Origin: Halocafeteria seosinensis
Lineage: Eukaryota
Reading direction: 5' to 3'
Assembly (NCBI GenBank): GCA_001687465.1
Contig: LVLI01000262.1
Span: 1-40,809 of the forward strand
DNA length: 40,809 bases
Below, piece after piece: positions 35,514 through 40,809 of this stretch; within the stretch, counting starts at the first letter, position 1; each line of letters starts with the position of its first letter. The position numbers were made by a program, and so were the translations under genes. The notes beneath the pieces are model-generated. The model was not told where the DNA came from. It worked only from the letters and a program-made list of their open reading frames with translations, and made no database searches.

Positions 35514-37509
35514 ATGCTAATTCGAACGACAACCTCCTCGACCTCCTTGAGAGGCAGCTCGGTCAAGAACCTCCATAAAGCATTGGTAAGTGCCATTTCA
35601 GGTGTATTCTCACCATAACATAAAAATCTCTGTATTTTTCCCTTTCGAATGGTATATTGGATGGATGTATAGAGTATCTGTATAGGGTAGAAAAAGGTGC
35701 CTCTTTTCCTGAGGGCGGCTTGTTCCCAAGAACATCTCCTCGTTATTCATCATTTTACCTCTGTTATTCTTCATTGTACAGGGTAGGAGACATTTATTCA
35801 CTCCCTCTACCAGTCGTGCTTTATCCTCCGTTTGTGGACGGCGCTCTGTAGGAGCTGTGAATGGCGAAAAAACCCTCGGACGCTTGGCGCATCATGATCT
35901 CTGGAGCACCACGACACCAGCATTGTACGTCTATAGAGACTCTATGTGACGATTTTATCCACTTTTGACCGCAATTACTTGTCACAATTACTTTGCAGCG
36001 GTGGCGTGCGATGGTTCAGCGGAGAAGAACCTGTGACGATGAAGGTGCCATCCATGGGAGATTCCATCACTGGTAAGTTGGAATCATAATTTGCTCCAGG
36101 TTTGTCTATTTTAATGTTTCTACGCACTTGTCGCTTAACTCCAGAGGGAACTATTATTGAGTGGCTGAAACAACCAGGTGACTGGGTTGACCAAGATGAG
36201 GAACTGGTGTCGCTAGAGACGGACAAAGTGTCCATTGACGTCCGTGCCGAAACTAGCGGCTTTGTTCAGGAGCATTTGGCTAACGCTCAAGATACTGTTC
36301 AAGTAGGCTCAGATTTGGTTGTCATTAAACCTGGTGAAAAGCCGGCGGATGCCGGTAAGGCTGCTGCCTCTGGTGGGGCACAGCAGCAGGAGAGTGCTCC
36401 TCAGCAACAAGAGCAGCAACAGCCTGCAGCGAAACAGGAGGCACCTAAACAACAGCAGCAGCAACAACAACAAGAAGCTCCCGCTCAACAACAGCAACAA
36501 CAGCAGCCGCAGCAAACCCAGAGCGCTCCTTCGAGTGCTCCAATGGTTGATCACAAAGATGTTGACCCGGAGAAATATATCACGGGGAGCAGAACGGAAA
36601 AACGTGTGCAAATGAATCGGATGAGAAAAATGATAGCACAGAGATTGAAAGATGCTCAAAATACGAATGCTATGCTAACCACTTTCCAGGAAGTAGATAT
36701 GAGCAATCTTATGGAGATGCGCAAGAAGCACAAGGATGAGTTTGAAAAAAAGCACGGTGTCAAGCTAGGGTTCATGTCGGCATTTGCGAAAGCGGCAGCA
36801 GCAACTTTGAATGAGATTCCGGCTATCAATGCAGTCATTGACGGCGGCGACATTGTTTATCGAGACTATGTGGATATGTCTGTCGCAGTCGCTAGTCCCA
36901 GAGGGTACGAATGCTGAATAATAGTCTGTTTTACCATTTCTCGAGCTTTTTCACCATCTTTTCTTGTATGCATCGCAGTCTTGTTGTGCCAGTAATACGC
37001 AATGTCGAGAGTCAGTCTTTTGCTGATATAGAGAAGAACTTGAACGAGTTGGCGACAAAGGCAAGAGAGTACGTTGACTAAAATTGAGATGCAAGATGGC
37101 TCAACCTCAAACATAAATATTGTTGGGTTTGTTACTCTTCAGAAACAAAATAGCAATGGAAGACATGGCCGGCGGCACGTTCACCATCTCCAACGGAGGT
37201 GTGTTTGGCTCTATGATGGGAACTCCGATAATCAACCCGCCTCAAAGTGCTATTCTAGGAATGCACGCGACCAAAATGAGGCCTACTGTTGTTGATGTAA
37301 GTGAATCTGTGTCGTAGCGTTGATTCTTCGCCTCAATATCATCCCAAAATATGCTCATTACGCAGGGCGGTAAAATCGAGGCTCGTCCGATCATGTACCT
37401 TGCTCTTACATACGACCATCGTTTGATCGATGGGCGTGAGGCAGCTACGTTCTTGGTGTCTGTCCGCGAAAAGATCCAGGATCCGCATAGACTTTTGCTG
37501 GAACTGTAG
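35514..37509 (+). CDS. DLST: Mitochondrial dihydrolipoamide succinyltransferase (2-oxoglutarate dehydrogenase E2)
   Basis: Ser/Thr/Arg-rich presequence from ATG 35514; [11 protein letters not shown], lipoyl [71 protein letters not shown]. Confidence 0.97.
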
Positions 37510-37626
37510 ATAATTAGTTCATGCTTACTTCTCGGTGTTGATGATCCTCCTCGGAGTGTGGGCTCGTTCTAGCCTGGCGCATGGGGGTTAGCTGCTTGAT
37601 GCAATAAACATTAGAATAAAAGAAAA

Positions 37627-39001
37627 ATGCGGTCACTGTTATGTGTATTTGCGCTTATTCTAACGGAGGCGGTGGCGGGATCGATCCCGAGCTGCTGCCA
37701 GGTGGATACCAGTCATAATACACTTATTCACTGCACAGACTGTCCCGGAGACACCCTGTAAGTTAAGTTTATTCTTCTAGAAGTTTTTCAGGGAAAAAAA
37801 GTTCAGACATTGATCGTAAACCCTTGAAACACAGGGCCTTGAACGACCTGGGACTCACTGAAATTCAACCCAACGCTTTTTCGGCAGTCGGGGACACCAT
37901 CACCGAGCTGTAAGTGACGCTATATCAACTTCCGTCAGCGATTTTCGAAAAGATTAGCGAATTGTTTATAAATGCCGCGCTGAAACTGAGATAAACGGGA
38001 AAAGTTCATGTATGTCACGATTATTGGCAGAAATCTTGGAGGAAATAACCTGGAAACGCTTCCCGAATCAGTGTTTACGGGAGTCGTTAAGTTGGATACT
38101 CTGTAAGTTACTCGGCCTTGAGGACACTTAACGAGCTACAGAGATAAGGGGGACTTAGATTTACACTTTATTGCCCTTTGGCTCTTTATATTGAATTGTT
38201 GGTGAACTTGTGGGTCTTCCAGCGTGCTTCGTTGTAACAATCTGAAAGGCCTTCCCCAGATATTGTTGCGGAACAATACTGCTCTACGAGGAATGTAAGC
38301 ACCACGATGATTTCAGTTCTGTGTTATACTCTTCCTAGAGATCCGAACTTTCATTGCAGTGATCTGAGCTTCAACAAGTTGCAACTGCTACCTGGAACAT
38401 TGTTTCAGGGATTACAAGGCCTTATTTCGATGTAAGAGTAATGGTCGTATACTCAGTCTGAATATCCTAACTATTCGATTATGTTATACAGCATCATAAC
38501 GGGAAACCCGGCTCTAGAGACCCTTCCGAGTAATTTGTTTCTTGATCAACACAACCTATTCATCCTGTAAGCAGCTTACAGTAAGCTATGGGGAGGACGT
38601 TGAACTGCATGTTGTAAAACTTAAAACAATGCAGCAATTTGCAAAACAACTCGTTGGCATCGATTCCTTCGTCGCTCTTCATGAACTGCCCTGGAATTAA
38701 AGCTTTGTAAGTACTACCGAATTTCATCGAAGGATGCAATGTACATCTTGACATTGTGCAGGATTATGGAGGACAATAACTTGTATGCACTGCCTGCACA
38801 TGTATTTCAGCCTCTGAAGCATCTTGATCTGTTGTATGTATACTTGCACTTGACGAGCTGCTCGTACGTGAATTCGCATTATGCCGAAATTGCAGTCGCA
38901 TATACGGAAACCCGGGTACCTCTGCGAACAATTGCCCATCAGGGACAACGTATCAGGTAGTCTGTAGAGACCCCCTACGGAGCTTCTGTGCCTATTCCTA
39001 G
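37627..39001 (+). CDS. Secreted leucine-rich-repeat protein (~248 aa), one LRR per exon
   Basis: Exons 37627-37757, 37835-37909, 38031-38102, 38223-38294, 38360-38431, 38492-38566, 38635-38706, 38762-38833, 38896-39001 total 747 nt; all introns phase 2; repeats such as DLSFNKLQLLPGTLFQGLQGLISI. Confidence 0.9.
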
Positions 39002-39601
39002 CGAGCTCTTGTTTGGTTCCGTGAGCCTCTCTCTTGACCAATCCATCCCCTTGTAACGGATTTTGTTTTATACCGTGCGCGGAATATCTTGTGCGGGCAG
39101 TGTTGCCAGAAAATGCTCAGTTGTTGATTTGAGAAAGCAATCGAAGTACATTCTCTTCTTATTGCATCCAGGAATGTGTGCACTCCATTTTATTGACTTT
39201 GTTCCAGGTCGGCTCTCTTGCTTCTTCCTTGGATTGGGTGCCACTTCCTCGGGAAGTTACAAATGCTCCCTCAAAGTGTGACACTTCGCATGGAGCGCAA
39301 CTCCACTTACACCAAGGAATATACTGATGTTCTAGCTCCGTTGGCAGGAGTTTCTGCAGAAGTAGATGGATGAGCGAGTGCTCCATGATCAAAGGGTTGC
39401 GTCCCGTGCGGGATGAACCCCGGGAAGTTGAAGTTCGCTTACGTTTTATAGTACAACCATTTATACAACTTGTAATACAAGCAATGTTTGTCAAATAAAA
39501 TAAACGAGTACTTGTCCACAAACCAAACCAAACGCCAATCCCCTTCTTTTCTCTTCTACATTCTGGACAACACCTCCTCGCTGCCGCAGTCGGACCGTAG
39601 G

Positions 39602-40369
39602 ATGAGATATGGAGACTGCCGCACAGTCACGATGACTGCTCTCGCTTTCCAAAGAACGAAGCGTACCGCCGACAAGACTGGACGCTGGACCCTTGCAATT
39701 GCTCTTCTCGGGTACTGGTGTTGTACAGTACCGAAGACTCAGGCTTGGAACTTTGACAATATGCATGGATATCGTATCCTGCCACCAGATGGTGAACAGC
39801 CCATAAATCAACTGCATATGAATTTCGAAATTCGCTTTGGGCAACGCAGTGTCGTCAGTAAAGAACTCGCCAGTGATACTTTCAGGAATCCTTCGCATTT
39901 TACGGGATCTTACGTTTTGGACGAAGAATCGGCATGCCATCTTGCCATTATGGACCAAGGCAATATTTCGCTATTCATGGACGCATGTGAGATGTCCGTC
40001 ATTCTTTGTCTTCGAAGATCGCAAGCTGCTAATACAAGCAGCCGTACATTCTGCTTACGGACTGAACAATTTGCCATTCAGCCAAACGAAGTTGCCAATG
40101 TAGGCTTCTCGATTCAACCCTTCCACCAGCCATCCACAATATTGGGAGGAGTACAGAAAGTAGGTGATCGCATTTGCATCACAGTCGGTCAGCAGGGATG
40201 TGTTACAGTTAGTCTGTATCATGTGGATTTAGCGGCCAATGCTACCAGTTCTTCCGATCATCCAATTCAGCACGGACGAGAACTACAGCCGGATGCTCGT
40301 CCCACCCATCGAGAAATACGACTACTGTACTCGGGAAGCATTTCCACCAAGGAAACTGGCTTTGCCTGA
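39602..40369 (+). CDS. Hypothetical membrane/secreted protein, 3'-truncated at an inversion junction
   Basis: Long ORF with hydrophobic WTLAIALLGYW segment; stop falls 7 nt after the inverted-repeat junction at 40360. Start uncertain. Confidence 0.55.
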   Translation: MRYGDCRTVTMTALAFQRTKRTADKTGRWTLAIALLGYWCCTVPKTQAWNFDNMHGYRILPPDGEQPINQLHMNFEIRFGQRSVVSKELASDTFRNPSHFTGSYVLDEESACHLAIMDQGNISLFMDACEMSVILCLRRSQAANTSSRTFCLRTEQFAIQPNEVANVGFSIQPFHQPSTILGGVQKVGDRICITVGQQGCVTVSLYHVDLAANATSSSDHPIQHGRELQPDARPTHREIRLLYSGSISTKETGFA

Positions 40370-40809
40370 TACGGGCCTGGTGATTCTGCTGGTTCCCATC
40401 CGATTGGATGGAGCGAGCAGAGTCCATCGTTAATACACCCTCGTCTTTATGCAGCACAACCAAGGCGGGTTCGCAGTCCTCCAAGAAAAACCTTCTACCA
40501 CTTTGGAGAACGTGCACTCCATTTTCGCCTCCATCCCACCGGCGGATGCTGATAGATCCGACCCATGGAAACTCGTTTCGTTTCGTCATCCCCACGGTAG
40601 TAATTCCATGCGACCAAATCTGTAAAGGATCCGCTATATCAGGAAAGTAGATAACTCCGGTGTTTTCGCTGGGGCCAGTTTCCTTGGTGGAAATGCTTCC
40701 CGAGTACAGTAGTCGTATTTCTCGATGGGTGGGACGAGCATCCGGCTGTAGTTCTCGTCCGTGCTGAATTGGATGATCGGAAGAACTGGTAGCATTGGCC
40801 GCTAAATCC
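40225..40809. repeat. Perfect inverted repeat (arms >=136 bp, 313-bp spacer), right arm running off the window
   Basis: 40674-40809 is the exact reverse complement of 40225-40360. Confidence 0.97.

Noticed and set aside
37670..37700. GGGATCGATCCCG...GCCA resembling a tRNA T-arm and CCA end
   Set aside because: No D-arm, anticodon arm or acceptor pairing; it lies in the LRR signal-peptide exon.

Overview
Gene-dense eukaryotic DNA with short GT-AG introns (mostly ~50-120 nt). It is most likely a stramenopile protist, inferred from a SIG1/mastigoneme-like EGF protein and the overall gene complement. I can reconstruct about 19 genes: a very large EGF/beta-repeat surface protein running off the left edge (its 3.9-kb exon is missed by the ORF track), TMEM230-like, S10 serine carboxypeptidase, TBC Rab-GAP, CobW/COG0523 GTPase, bZIP factor, an unknown 439-aa protein, a five-exon secreted Cys protein, a 64-aa spliced membrane microprotein, an alpha/beta hydrolase, a p24/GOLD protein with a huge Q/E insert, HYPK, an intronless prokaryote-like gene, histidine acid phosphatase, a PA14 protein, a DIS3-like exoribonuclease, DLST, a secreted LRR protein built one repeat per exon, and a gene truncated by a fold-back inverted duplication at the right edge. 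No rRNA, tRNA, CRISPR or intact transposon was seen. All family assignments come from motif recognition by eye; no database search was run.
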